Assembly (NCBI RefSeq): GCF_001194135.2
Contig: NC_068981.1
Coordinates: forward strand, 155,113,661 to 155,148,442
Direction of reading: 5' to 3'
Source of the DNA: Octopus bimaculoides
Taxonomy: Eukaryota
DNA length: 34,782 bases
The first letter of the stretch is position 1. Every line of letters begins with the position of its first letter. The notes beneath the pieces were generated by a model that was not told the origin of the DNA, searched no databases, and worked only from the letters and a program-made list of their open reading frames with translations. The translations under genes and the position numbers were made by a program. Positions 23,660 to 34,340 of this stretch are shown here, one piece after another.

Positions 23660-24170
23660 TTTATTATTATTATTCTCTCTACCTGCTTGTTACACTGATC
23701 CACTAAATTCTCTCATGTACAACACCTGCTTCTCCCTCAACTACCACCCTCTGCAGCCTGACCACATGTCATTTCTCTTGTCCTCCTGCTTTCAACAATA
23801 TCATTACTATCCTGCTGTTCTTACTCTTTTTCCTTCTGCATCTCTGTACTTTCCCTAACTCATGTATCAATACTCATCCCTTATCCCTCATTCTCTACAT
23901 TCACCCATCAACCCTACCCAAGCTTTACAGTTGTTTCCTCCCTTCTCTCGCTCCTCCATATATTCTTGCAAACCCCCATCCACATTGCTACTTCCTGTCT
24001 CACTCCTATTCATCTCATACACCCTGAGAGGCCACCTGGACACCTCATCACCAATATTTCTTTGGAGCTCCATTACAAGAACCTGCTATACACCACCCAC
24101 TTCTCTCAAAAGCCAACCCTCTTCTCAAGTTTCAAAGCCTTGCAAGCTGCATGGCAACTTCACATAATAC
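23660..24170 (+). repeat. G-poor dispersed repeat, copy D
   Basis: C/T-rich tract with ACCCTGAGAGGCCACCTGGACACCTCATCA at 24021-24050. Confidence 0.5.
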
Positions 24171-24352
24171 ACACTGTAAAGTGGTTGGCACAAAGAAGGG
24201 CATTCAACTGTAGTAACCAAGCCAAAGCCGGAACTGGAGAATGATGCAGTCGTTGGACCCAGTAGATCCTGTCAAACTGTTCAATCAAGGCCAGCAAGGA
24301 ACATCATCATCATCATCATCGTTTAACGTCCGCTTTCCATGCTAGCATGGGT
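24170..24352. mobile_element. Two retroelement 3' tails joined tail to tail: an old plus copy (24170-24300) and a pristine short minus copy (24302-24352)
   Basis: GTGGTTGGCACAAAGAAGGGCATTCAACTGTAG matches 37-69 in degenerate form. The reverse complement of 24302-24352 is essentially identical to the terminal tail at about 138-190. Confidence 0.75.
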
Positions 24353-24620
24353 TATGGACAATAAATAAAACCTGCACAGATGATTTGTTTATGACCAAAT
24401 GCTTATACTGTACATTAAGCTCATTCCCTCCATAAAATGACATTGCCTCTAGAGGCACATGGTGTGCCATATGTCAGATGTCAAACTGATTGCAGAGTGG
24501 TGTGAATTTGCACAAGGATACAACACACTGCCTGGTCCAGGAATCAAAACCACAACTTTAGGATGGTGAATACAACATATATACGCATGTACATATATAT
24601 AGGCTGCACAAATATACGCA

Positions 24621-24654
<34 letters not shown>

Positions 24655-24804
24655 GGCTGCACATATATAGGCATGTATATAAATATATGGTAGAGGGGTA
24701 TTTGAGGCTACTTAATTGTCAGTATATTTACACTCTTCAGACCAAAAAAAAAAAAAAATTTTTATTTCTTTCTGATCCCCTACGGCAGAAAAATCTTTAC
24801 AACT

Positions 24805-25580
24805 AGAAATGAAAGACATGCAGTCATTGTTGCTCTTGTGGGTGCCAACTTTCAATTGGCTCTGGAAGCCTTTCAACTGTATCAAAGGGAGAAAAAAAAT
24901 CTAAACATTCATACACTAAGGACACTACAATTCATCCAATGGGTTCAAAGCATTATTGAAGATGATCACCAAAGAATTTCAGATGCTAGATTGGACTCTC
25001 AGAACAATAATCCACAAGGACATTCAACACAAGTCATAAAAGCTTAAAGTTTAAAACCCTCACAAACAAGGTTTGCTTTGGTTCTTCTCTGATGAGAAAT
25101 GCACTGTCCAAGATCAAAGGTCTAACAAGAAATGACAGATGGTTATGTGCCGATCCTTCTGATATCCCCAGAGTGATGTAGACAAAGTTTACAGTGACAG
25201 TTTTAGGAGAGGCAAATAATGAAGGTCATGTCACCTAACCTCTTTCTGCACGGTCTTAGATTTAATGTTACTGGTACACAGTGGAAAAACCATATCTGCT
25301 TCAATAAGACTCAGCACTTTCACACAAAGCACTCAAAACCCAAGAATGGCTGACAATCTTTATGATCATATAACACCAAACTTGTGGCCCCCAAACTCAC
25401 CAGATTTAAATTAGGTAACTACATTTAAAGCCTTGTTGAAAGGGAGACTAATTGACATCCTCAACTTCACTGAAGGCTGCTGTCAAGATAATGACCAAAA
25501 TGAATTTAGTGTAAACATCTCAACAATTCCAATCCCACAGTAATGTACTCATTGAAGCTGAAGGTGGAACCAAAGAATAA
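24805..25580 (+). pseudogene. mariner-like transposase fossil, DD37D/maT-like
   Basis: RHAVIVAL, WFFSDEK (D at 25091), NDRWLCADPSD, Q*DSALSHKALKTQEW, DNLYDHITPNLWPPNSPDLN (W at 25385) and IEAEGG..E* (stop 25578-25580), with several frameshifts. The 37 spacing needs a small inferred repair. Confidence 0.75.
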
Positions 25581-25739
25581 AACATTAAGAACGTGCACAA
25601 ATTTTCATTAAAATATATTTGGCTTCTTGAGAGATTAGAACTGTTTTATTTAATTACCAAATATATCCTCAAATACTTTGTGTGTGTGATGAATATATAT
25701 ATATATATAAATGCATGTAATGTACATACACACATATAT

Positions 25740-25865
25740 ATCATTTAGCAACCATGTTCCATGCTGGCATGGATTGGAGGGCTTGACAGGATCTAAAAGA
25801 TCCAAGGACTGGATCATGTTCCAATGACTGTTTTGGAATGGTTTCTACAACTGAGTGGCCTTCTT
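25740..25865 (-). mobile_element. Degenerate retroelement 3'-tail fragment
   Basis: CCATGTTCCATGCTGGCATGGATTGGA...TTTGGAATGGTTTCTACAACTGAGTG is reverse-complement similar to 55-165. Confidence 0.5.
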
Positions 25866-26191
25866 TACTTTACAGAGTGTACTGGGTACAATTTTGTGAC
25901 ACTGGCGCCAGTGAAGTCTCTATGCAGCTCACAATTATAACTTTGCCTCTGAGTAGGACAAAAGTAGAGAGATAGTTTTAAGAAGAATGGATGGATATCA
26001 AGTGAAATAGTTCTGGATAGTGAAGAAGAAAAGTTCTTACAAGGAAAAGCTGAAATAAGCATTTCTGATGATGGTTACAACAAAATATTATAATTGGGTA
26101 GGTGATGGGAATGGTTTAAAGAACTGGAGTGAGAGACCCAATTATTCACACATGCAGTGCTTCTAGAGGTTCAGTTTCACCAAAAAGGTAT

Positions 26192-27045
26192 GGTCTTCCC
26201 GAGTACTGCATACTGCCAGTCATCTCAGTCCTTTGCCATTTCTGTAAGGGTTAAGGTGCTGAGATCAGCCTTCCACAAGCTCCATCCCATATTTTCATGG
26301 ATTTCCCTCTTCCACAAGCTCCATCCACATTAATAGACTGGCACTTACACAACTGTTTGCATCCAGATGCACAAATACATATCAGTGTTGTCCAATTCCT
26401 CTTATGCCTACGGGTTTTCCCCTCACTCTGAGGGAAAAGACCCTCATTACCAGCAGTAGTAACAGCTCCTTGAAATTTCTTAACCTTATCCTTACTCTGG
26501 TTTATATACTTTCTTTAACAACTACCTATTCTGTTAATTACATCTAGGTAACAAATAGCTACCAACTACTTCTAGTAAACCACCATGGCATTTATGAGAA
26601 CATGGTGTGCTCATAGCACGTTTGTCCCAGTGCATTCATCACATTCAAAGTTTATCATCTCTGTTCGCCTGCCTTCATTCCACTATATTTCTTATGTTCA
26701 CTGCTTACATTGGGTACAGAGTATGGAGTTCATACCTATTCCTTTTCTGCATATCAAGCAAGCTCACTTCCCTAAAGATACTAGATTCCTGTCTTCTTTC
26801 CTAGTTACTGAAACCATCTTTGCTTAGTTTCCTTTGGAGCCTCCTAACTCTAGGTTTAGCTTTCATTTCTGGAATTTCCTTGCTAGCTCCACTACAGATT
26901 CAGTTAGGAGAACTAGATCATTAACATAGAAGTTCCATGGACAGCCAGTCTCAAATCCTTTTGAACTCTTTTGTGATGGCTCACAGGTCTAAGGTGAATA
27001 GGAGAGGACTGAGCCTTGATGGACTCCTACCTTCAGGTTAACTTC
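26192..27045 (-). pseudogene. RTE-clade LINE, C-terminal half of RT with an embedded PHD-like zinc finger
   Basis: VGVHQGSVLS (~27035-27002); FYVNDLVLLTES (degenerate YADD); CLICRKGIGMNSILCTQCKQ*..HKKYSG..FECDECTG (~26762-26630); LLEVV/CYLDVI; RVRIRLRNFKELL..FSLRVRGK; ADLSTLTLTEMAKD*DDWQYAVLGKT. Confidence 0.85.
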
Positions 27046-27199
27046 ATTGTTAACTCACTTTACTTTTTGCATTTTTGTACAGTTTGTACAGCCCTTATAA
27101 GCTATGTGTGTGTGTGTACATGCTAACATGTATACATCTGTTCATACAGATTTGTTTTATATATGCACATATATACTTATATAAATTTTTACTTTTATT

Positions 27200-27730
27200 G
27201 TTACTAGTTTCAGCCAGAGGCTGTGACCAAACTAGGGCAATATCATATGTAAGATTTCATGTACACGTGCCTTGTTCCAAGTTGCATTCACATGAATCAG
27301 TGAGTTGAACAATGCTTCCTTCATTTGTGTTTCTTGTTGTGATGTGGATTTATCTAGTACCTCAATATAAACATGCCAAAGTGTTTTTTGGGCATATCCA
27401 TGTCTACACATCATCGAGGTTCCCACCCACCAAATGTTAAAAAGCTATAGGCCTTTCACCCCAAACTGCTACAATATTGGGTCCTCAGTGCAGACGAAGA
27501 GGTTGGGATCTTTTGGCACTATACAGTGGTATCCAGTTTAAGGGTTAGTATAGATTTCAATCCTAAAATTAGGTGTTACACCCTCCAGGATCTTCTGTAC
27601 CACTGCCTATCATTCCTACCTTCACTCTGGAGAGTAGAACCTCAGTTCTTTAAGTCTCTTCCAGTTACTCAGCTAGAACAGTAAGGCAATCTTCTTGGTG
27701 TAACAACATTAGAATGTCAGAATCACCAGT
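27200..27730 (-). pseudogene. CR1/L2-group LINE 3' fragment with tail
   Basis: YWKRLKELRFYS, KILEGVTPNFRIEIYTNP*TGYHCIVPK and KGL*LFNI; tail GCCCTAGTTTGGTCACAGCCTCTGGCTGAAACTAGTAA (~27238-27203). Confidence 0.8.
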
Positions 27731-27949
27731 GTTAGTTTGACACTAAATGGTGACTAAAAGTGACATACATACCTATATAGACATGTCCATGGTACACAGA
27801 TACACATAATCTTGTTTACTTAACACTGAAAACCAGCAACAGGTACCATCCCTATGGATCTTCAAGATCAAATCTGATCAATAATTCTCCACTAAATGTA
27901 ATTAAAAATCTCTCTAAAAGTGTGTGAAAATAAGAGCTTTTGTGTAAAT

Positions 27950-28125
27950 CCCCCACCACCACTTGACAACTTGCTTGCATCCATGCAACTTAGCAGTTCA
28001 GCGAAAGAGACCAATAGAACAAGTACCAGACTTAAAAATAAGTACTGGGGTCAATTTGTTCAACTAAACCCTTCTAGGCAGTGCCCCACCATGTCTGCAG
28101 TCCAATGACTGAAACATGTAAAAGT
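27950..28125 (+). mobile_element. SINE family A, core and tail fragment
   Basis: CTTGACAAC...TTAGCAGTTCAGCGAAAGAGACCAATAGAACAAGTACC...GTGCCCCACCATGTCTGCAGTCCAATGACTGAAAC aligns with 29625-29785. Confidence 0.75.
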
Positions 28126-29033
28126 GCATACACATACAATTTTTTAATAGGTGCAAGAGCAGATTTTAGTCAAATCAATCACATAGTTACTGATTGAATT
28201 GATTTGTCCCAACAAATATTGGCCAAAATTGCATCAGGTACAAAAGTAAATGCCTCAATGGTTGAAACAACTGACAAGGTGGTTGGTATCATAGTTCTCA
28301 AACCACATCAAATTTATTTCATAGTTGATTATATCCTTTATGAGAAGTAGCTTTCCAAGCAGTGCTGAGACTCAATGTTGTTGCCTTTTATTTCATATGC
28401 TACTTACATGCAAAAAGTAGCTAGTAAATCAAAGTTGGCTGCAACTACCAGACTAGATTTTAGGCAATTATCTAGAAGGATTAGTCTAGTTTCTAATGAG
28501 AATATAATGAATATATTTACAAATTTTTGAAACCCAGCAAAAGAAAAACAAAAAAAGCTATAAATTTGCTTTTAAAAACATTACTTCATTAATAAAGTTT
28601 AAAACAGGAAATATCTAATAAGGCATTAATAAATCAATGGCAAAACTTTGTAATGGTGGGGTGGGAGAACACTGCAATTCATTATGCATACCCTATTCTA
28701 GAAATATCAGAACATTACTAGGTCTTCAATGTAAACTGAAGTTGAGGTGCATTCTTTTTTTCTCTCAGTGAGTTGGTTTGGACAAAAAAAAAAAAGAAAA
28801 AAAAGAAGAAAAAAAGCAATTATTCAAAATTATTTAAGTTATTTAAATATCAGAGTACTAACAAAATATCTATCAATTATATCGCTATAGTAGTGAGGTT
28901 AATACATCCTAAAGTTAATAAAATTTATAACTGAATTTTCCTAATGTAGGAAAACACTGGTTGAAGATTCAGAATCAAATACAAAAATTTATGTTCACTT
29001 AGAATAGAAAATTAATCCTCATCATAATTTATA

Positions 29034-29790
29034 GTGGCTGTGTGGTAAGTAGCTTGCTTATCAACCACATGGTTCCGGGTTCAGTCCTACTGCGTGGCAC
29101 CTTGGGCAAGTGTCTTCTACTATAGCCTCGGACCGACCAAAGCCTTCTGAGTGGATTTGGTAGACGGAAACTGAAAGAAGACCATCGTATATATGTATAT
29201 ATATGTATGTTCGTTGCCAGTGCCCCTGGGCCGGCTCTTGTGCGGGAGACACATGAGGTTTTTCGAGCGAGATTGTTGCCGGTGCCCCTGGACTGGCTCA
29301 TGTGCAGGCGACACATGAAATCTTTCGAGCGAGATCGTTGCCAGTGCCCCTGGACTGGCTCTTGTGCGGGTGACACATGAGGTTTCTCGAGCGAGATGAG
29401 CGTGGCCGTTGCCAGAACCGCCTTACTGGCCTTCGTGCGGGTGACACGTAAAAGCACCCAGCTGTAGAAACACTGCCAAATCAGATTGCAGCCTGGTGTA
29501 GCCATCTGGTTCCACCAGTCCTCAGTCAAACAGTCCAACCCATGCTAGCATGGAAAGCGGACGTTAAACAACGACGACGTGTGTGTATATGTTTGTGTGT
29601 CTGTGTTTGTCCCCCCAACATCGCTTGACAACCGATGCTGGTGTGTTTATGTCTCCATAACTTAGCGGTTTGGCAAAAGAGACCGATAGAATAATAGGCT
29701 TACAAAGAATAAGTCCTGGGGTTGATTTGCTCGACTAAAGGCAGTGCTCCAGCATGGCCGCAGTCAAATGACTGAAATAAGTAAAAGAGT
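29034..29790 (+). mobile_element. tRNA-derived SINE family A (young, full length) carrying a nested insertion in its internal microsatellite
   Basis: A-box-like TGGCTGTGTGGTAAG (29035) and B-box-like GGGTTCAGTCC (29077-29087). The head runs to about 29190 and the body and tail resume at about 29580-29790. It is colinear with the uninterrupted copy at 3038-3400. Confidence 0.85.
29212..29580 (+). mobile_element. Nested 5'-truncated retroelement 3' end: three 62-bp tandem units, a variant unit and the tail
   Basis: Units start at 29212, 29274 and 29336; variant unit from about 29409; tail 29435-29580 matches 1-175 apart from a 39-bp deletion. Confidence 0.8.
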
Positions 29791-32020
29791 CTCCTGGTAT
29801 GCATTGGGCAGTTTGATAAGCTCCGGTATTTGCTTTAGCATGGTTTCTATGGCTAGATGCAAATAATTAGCAAGGAAGCAGTACCTAGGCAAGATAAAAT
29901 TTTCTAATTAACTAAATTGCAAAACTTAACTTTCTTATTAAATCATTAATGCATTTCTTCAATAGATATATTCCTTTGTAATTTCAATTAAAAACATGGT
30001 ACTTATATACCAGATATCTTTCTCCTCGCTAGTTCAAGTGATATTTAAACATATATACACCACAGAAGGCTTAATTTAAAATAAGAATATTTTCTTAGGA
30101 ACTTATAACACTGAATTGCTTAAGATAATGACAAGAGTGTGTTTTGGGACATCATTTCTAAACTAGTAACCACAACTGCAAATATATTAAAGACATTGCT
30201 GCATTAAGAATAACAAAAAGGTTTGATACTTTACAAATCAGTAGAATGCACAGGATTTCAAAAGTAAAACATTGTTTAGTCTCCAGTTCATTCCTGATTG
30301 AGCAGACTTTATAGTCAAACACACTGTTGCTTTAATCNNNNNNNNNNNNNNNNNNNNNNNNNNNNNNNNNNNNNNNNNNNNNNNNNNNNNNNNTCTTTTC
30401 TTTTAAAAAACTATGGCTTGACTTGACAAAAAAAACTGGTTACCAAATAAATATACCGAGGATTCCCATTGTTAGCTCACCAACACAAATAGGCAAATAG
30501 AAATAATACTAATAGAAATATAGATTAAATAGTTACAATGCATCTTAGTATCTACAATACCTACAATGACGCAGCTCTAATATACATTTTCTAAATATTG
30601 TAAAAACTTAAAGCAATACATTAAAAAAGTTGGAAACTTTCAACACAGTAAAAAACCCTACTATTCTCTCTCACTGGGGAAAAAAAAAAAAAAAAAACTG
30701 AACAGTTCAGGTAATTTACTATTCAACAAAGCAAATAAACAATGGTACACAATTTTGCAATACTATTTTCATAACTTACTATCTAGCTAATTTAATATTT
30801 TGTTTATAAGTTTCTTTTGTTTTTTTTAAATATTGTTAAACTTCTAGTTGAATTGTTTATATTAAACCCCTACGAAATAAAAAGGGTAACAAAGTATTTA
30901 ATTGAAAATATAATCTTAGGTGAAAATTTAATATTAGTTTTTCCCATGGATCAGTTTAACAACAGTATCTCCGGAAGTATAAAGGCGCATTCAATACATT
31001 AAGAATTTAGAAGATCTCCCACTGCCATTATCTACCTTACTGTATAGTTTGAAACAATTTCTAAAATGTTATAGAATTAGAAGAATTTGTAAATGTTTGC
31101 ATTTCCATAATTACAAAGAAATGTACATTTTATTTTTGCATTCACAGGAATTTTATTCAAAGGTGAAAAAAAAAAAAAACGTTCAGTGCCATTGTTTAAT
31201 TTGAGAGGTTGACAGCATGTTACATACTAAGTCAGAATAAAAACATTTGTAGAAAGAATTCATTGTTTATGAATACATTTTTATGAAGAAACAGGAATAT
31301 GCTTATGTGCGAAGATTCATAAAGAATATTAAGAGCAATATGTTACATGAGAAAAAAAAAATTTAGGAGAGAAGATAAAAGAAAAAACTCTCAACACCGT
31401 AACACCGAGTTTTCTCTAATGAACTCTTGTCTTATGTACATGTCTCTTGTCACCATCACAATATGCTTCCATCAGATGACAAGTCAGCAAAATGAAATAC
31501 TGCTATTAATTAAAAATCAATTTTATCTGAATGAAGTGAAATCATGTAAGTATAAATAAAAGTATGCCCACTGTAATGCACATATGCATCAAGTGAAAGT
31601 ATGGGCATATGTGCACATACGTATTTTACCAGCTGCATGTGTCTGTACATATGTGTGTACTTGTGCACATCTGTATGTATGGCAGTTATGATATAAAGCA
31701 AATGGCAAGTAAGTGATAAGATGAATAAATGCAACTAGATACTAGTTTAATGGTTCAAGCAGTCTTATCAGCAGATGAATTGAGGTTGACTCAGCACTAA
31801 GAAATTAATGAATGATTTACAATATTAAGGGGCCTACCTTTAAAGTCTCGTTCTTTCCCCTGTCTTGACACATCTTTTAAAAAAAAAATAAAAAATATAT
31901 ATTATAATCAGAAAGTTACTAATCTTCTGATCCCTTAAAAGAAAATAAGGGTTTCTTCCATCTCAAATATTTTAACACAGATTCAAATTAATCTGTAATA
32001 AAATGGAAGCTCGTAAGTGT

Positions 32021-32074
32021 TTAACAAAGTCTAAATTGTGCCAAAATATTGGACGGTTGTGTAAGAGGCTTGGC
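32021..32074 (-). CDS. Candidate terminal coding exon of an unidentified host gene (frame undetermined)
   Basis: Strong minus-strand acceptor TTTATTTTACTTCATTTTTATTTTCCCTTTTTTCCGTTGATTTCAG|G at 32075/32074. Phase 0 reads AKPLTQPSNILAQFRLC* (stop 32023-32021). The other phases give QASYTTVQYFGTI* or PSLLHNRPIFW...NLC*. No donor of similar quality follows and the peptide is not recognised. Confidence 0.3.
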   Translation of the reverse strand, partial: AKPLTQPSNILAQFRLC

Positions 32075-34194
32075 CTGAAATCAACGGAAAAAAGGGAAAA
32101 TAAAAATGAAGTAAAATAAACAAAATGGGAAAAATTATATATTTTAGTTTCAGTATTAAAATTAAATAATATAGAACATGACCAAGCCAATCTATGTATA
32201 TATATGTATAAAATAAATATATACATACATAAACTAGGACTGCTAAATGATAAGTGCAGTTTATATAGTCAAGCTGGGTGTGAGGGGTAAGGAACAAGAA
32301 ATGTTTGAAGCAATAATAGCGTGTTGTGTAGTTTCATTCAAGCCACAGCAGATTCGTCAAAGCTAAGAGGTTAGCTTAAGGCAAAGTCACAAGGACAACT
32401 AGTTGCAATAGTTTAAATACAGAAGTTTTAGGATAATTAAAAAGGGAGGGAGAAAATGACACCTAAACGAAGCTAAACATTACTACTTTTAGTTTTAGTA
32501 GAAAAAAATTAGAATGGAAATATTAAACTTAAATGCTAAAGATAATCTTAAATTTTAAAAAAAACTTTAGTTTTTTTTTTTTTTTTTTTAAATTAAAATT
32601 TTATTAGATAAATGAAAAATATTTTTAAAAAATAAAAAAACCTGCCGGTTACAATTTACATCTAGTGTATAACCAAACATTATGCTTGAGTCACTAANNN
32701 NNNNNNNTAAAAAATAAAAAAACCTGCCGGTTACAATTTACATCTAGTGTATAACCAAACATTATGCTTGAGTCACTAAGCACAATTTTCATAGCCTGGA
32801 AAAACTATAAAGAGTGGAATATTATGGATAAAAAAAAAAAAATTTGAAATTTCTTTTTTACCAACTAGTTATTAAATATAAAGAAATGAATAGTACATGC
32901 TGGAATAACAAATAGTTGGGATATGGGTGAAAAGGCACATGCCATGTCTTCCCGAGAACAAAAAGTATGGTACTGTGATGGTGCCAGTGACTGGTGTTTA
33001 TAGGTAGTACCTACAAATTATTATTGGTGAGAGAGATTAGAAAAATAGAAGGCAGTGAATGGAGAAGAATTATTATAAACAAGAAATTATAATAGATTAA
33101 TGACTGTATTTGTTTGTAGTATGTGTTTCACTCGTGACTAAAGGATATCATCAAATGTGCTGTTAAGTGTTTAAGAAAAGGACTAGGCAGGTTTTGAAAC
33201 GTTCCCCACATTTTAAATTTGGAAAGGATAAAAAGATTGAAAATAATCAAAAACTGTTAATCTGTTTCTTTTTTCATCATTAAAGATTACAGATTACATA
33301 TATACAAGATACATTTTATTTTCTAAATGCAAAAAAGAAAAAAAAACAAACAATTTGAGTAATTATAGTTAAAGCTCTAGTATTGATCTGTAGTATAAAA
33401 GAATTTCATAAACGCAGAAGACACACGCACGTGTGTAGGAACACAAATAAACATATAAAATAAAATATTGCAGCATAAATTTGTTTAAGAAATTCTGTCA
33501 ATGCATGTAGGTGTCTGAGTGTATGTGTAATCAATCATTTGATAACCTTTAGATTCCCAATCATGGCTAAGCTTCCAGGTCTTTAAACTTTGCAAATTTT
33601 GCAGTTTCTGATCATTAAATACATGAACATATATTTACACAGAACTCCCATATACCTACCATCACCACCACCAGAAAAAAAAAAGTAATGCACATAAAAA
33701 TGAAAGAGAAAATTTAAAATCCGTTTAAAATCTTCCCTATTAATTTAGCAGCCATCACACACAAACACTTATTACTGAAGGACAGAAGAAAAATAAGGAA
33801 AATTTTTTTAAAGAAAATCTGCTTTCACGACACATTTTTCCTAGTCCTTTTAGGAAATCTGATATTGTAAGTACTCAGTGACAGTGCAATTATCTAAAGA
33901 CAGAATCATTTTCCAACCAAGAAAATTATGCAAGCTGTTCATATCTAATAACATTTAATTATTTGCCAAGAAAATATACACATAAGACACATACATCTAT
34001 GTATTCTATGTGCTACTCCCTTACATGAAATATCAAAATATTTGAAGTAGTAAATGAACATGAAAAAACCTGCAAGTAATCATTGTATATATATATATTT
34101 GATCGTCTACGTTTGTGTGTGTGTAAGACAATGTATTTATGGGCTAGTATATAGGTATATAGATCTGTGTGAATATGTAGGGACAAGTATCGTT

Positions 34195-34340
34195 ATATAT
34201 TCAAGAAACTTAGCCTCCTGACCAGAGTTTCGGGTTCAGTCTCACTATGTGGCACCTTGGGGGTGTCTACTACAGGCCCAGGCTGACCAAAATCTTGTGA
34301 AGGAATTTGATAAATAGAAAATGAAAGAAGCCCATTATGT
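34195..34340 (+). mobile_element. Degenerate SINE family A head
   Basis: GGGTTCAGTCTCACTATGTGGCACCTTGGG..GTGTCTACTAC..GGCTGACCAAAATCTTGTGAAGGAATTTG..AATGAAAGAAGCCCAT matches 29075-29185. Confidence 0.7.

Noticed and set aside
28201-28350. About 50-codon open plus frame (DLSQQILAKIASGTKVNASMVETTDKVVGII...)
   Set aside because: There is no start codon or convincing splice sites and no recognisable motif; this length is expected by chance.
29034-29110. tRNA-like sequence with A and B boxes
   Set aside because: It is the SINE head. It continues into the SINE body and has degenerate copies at 3045 and 34200; it is not a tRNA gene.
29212-29450. Regularly spaced repeats that might suggest a CRISPR array
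   Set aside because: The units are whole tandem copies without unique spacers, there are no cas genes, and the context is a eukaryotic retroelement.
29029-29538. 169-aa minus-strand ORF with repeated SPAQEPVQGHWQ units
   Set aside because: An antisense reading of the GC-rich 62-bp repeat and SINE, with no coding signature.
32626-32779. 72-bp perfect direct repeat flanking a 10-N gap
   Set aside because: The same unmerged-overlap artefact, not a biological repeat.
33835-33875. Possible plus-strand micro-exon (TTTTAG|GAAATCTGATATT|GTAAGT)
   Set aside because: It is 13 nt with no supporting neighbouring exons; such motifs are common in AT-rich DNA.
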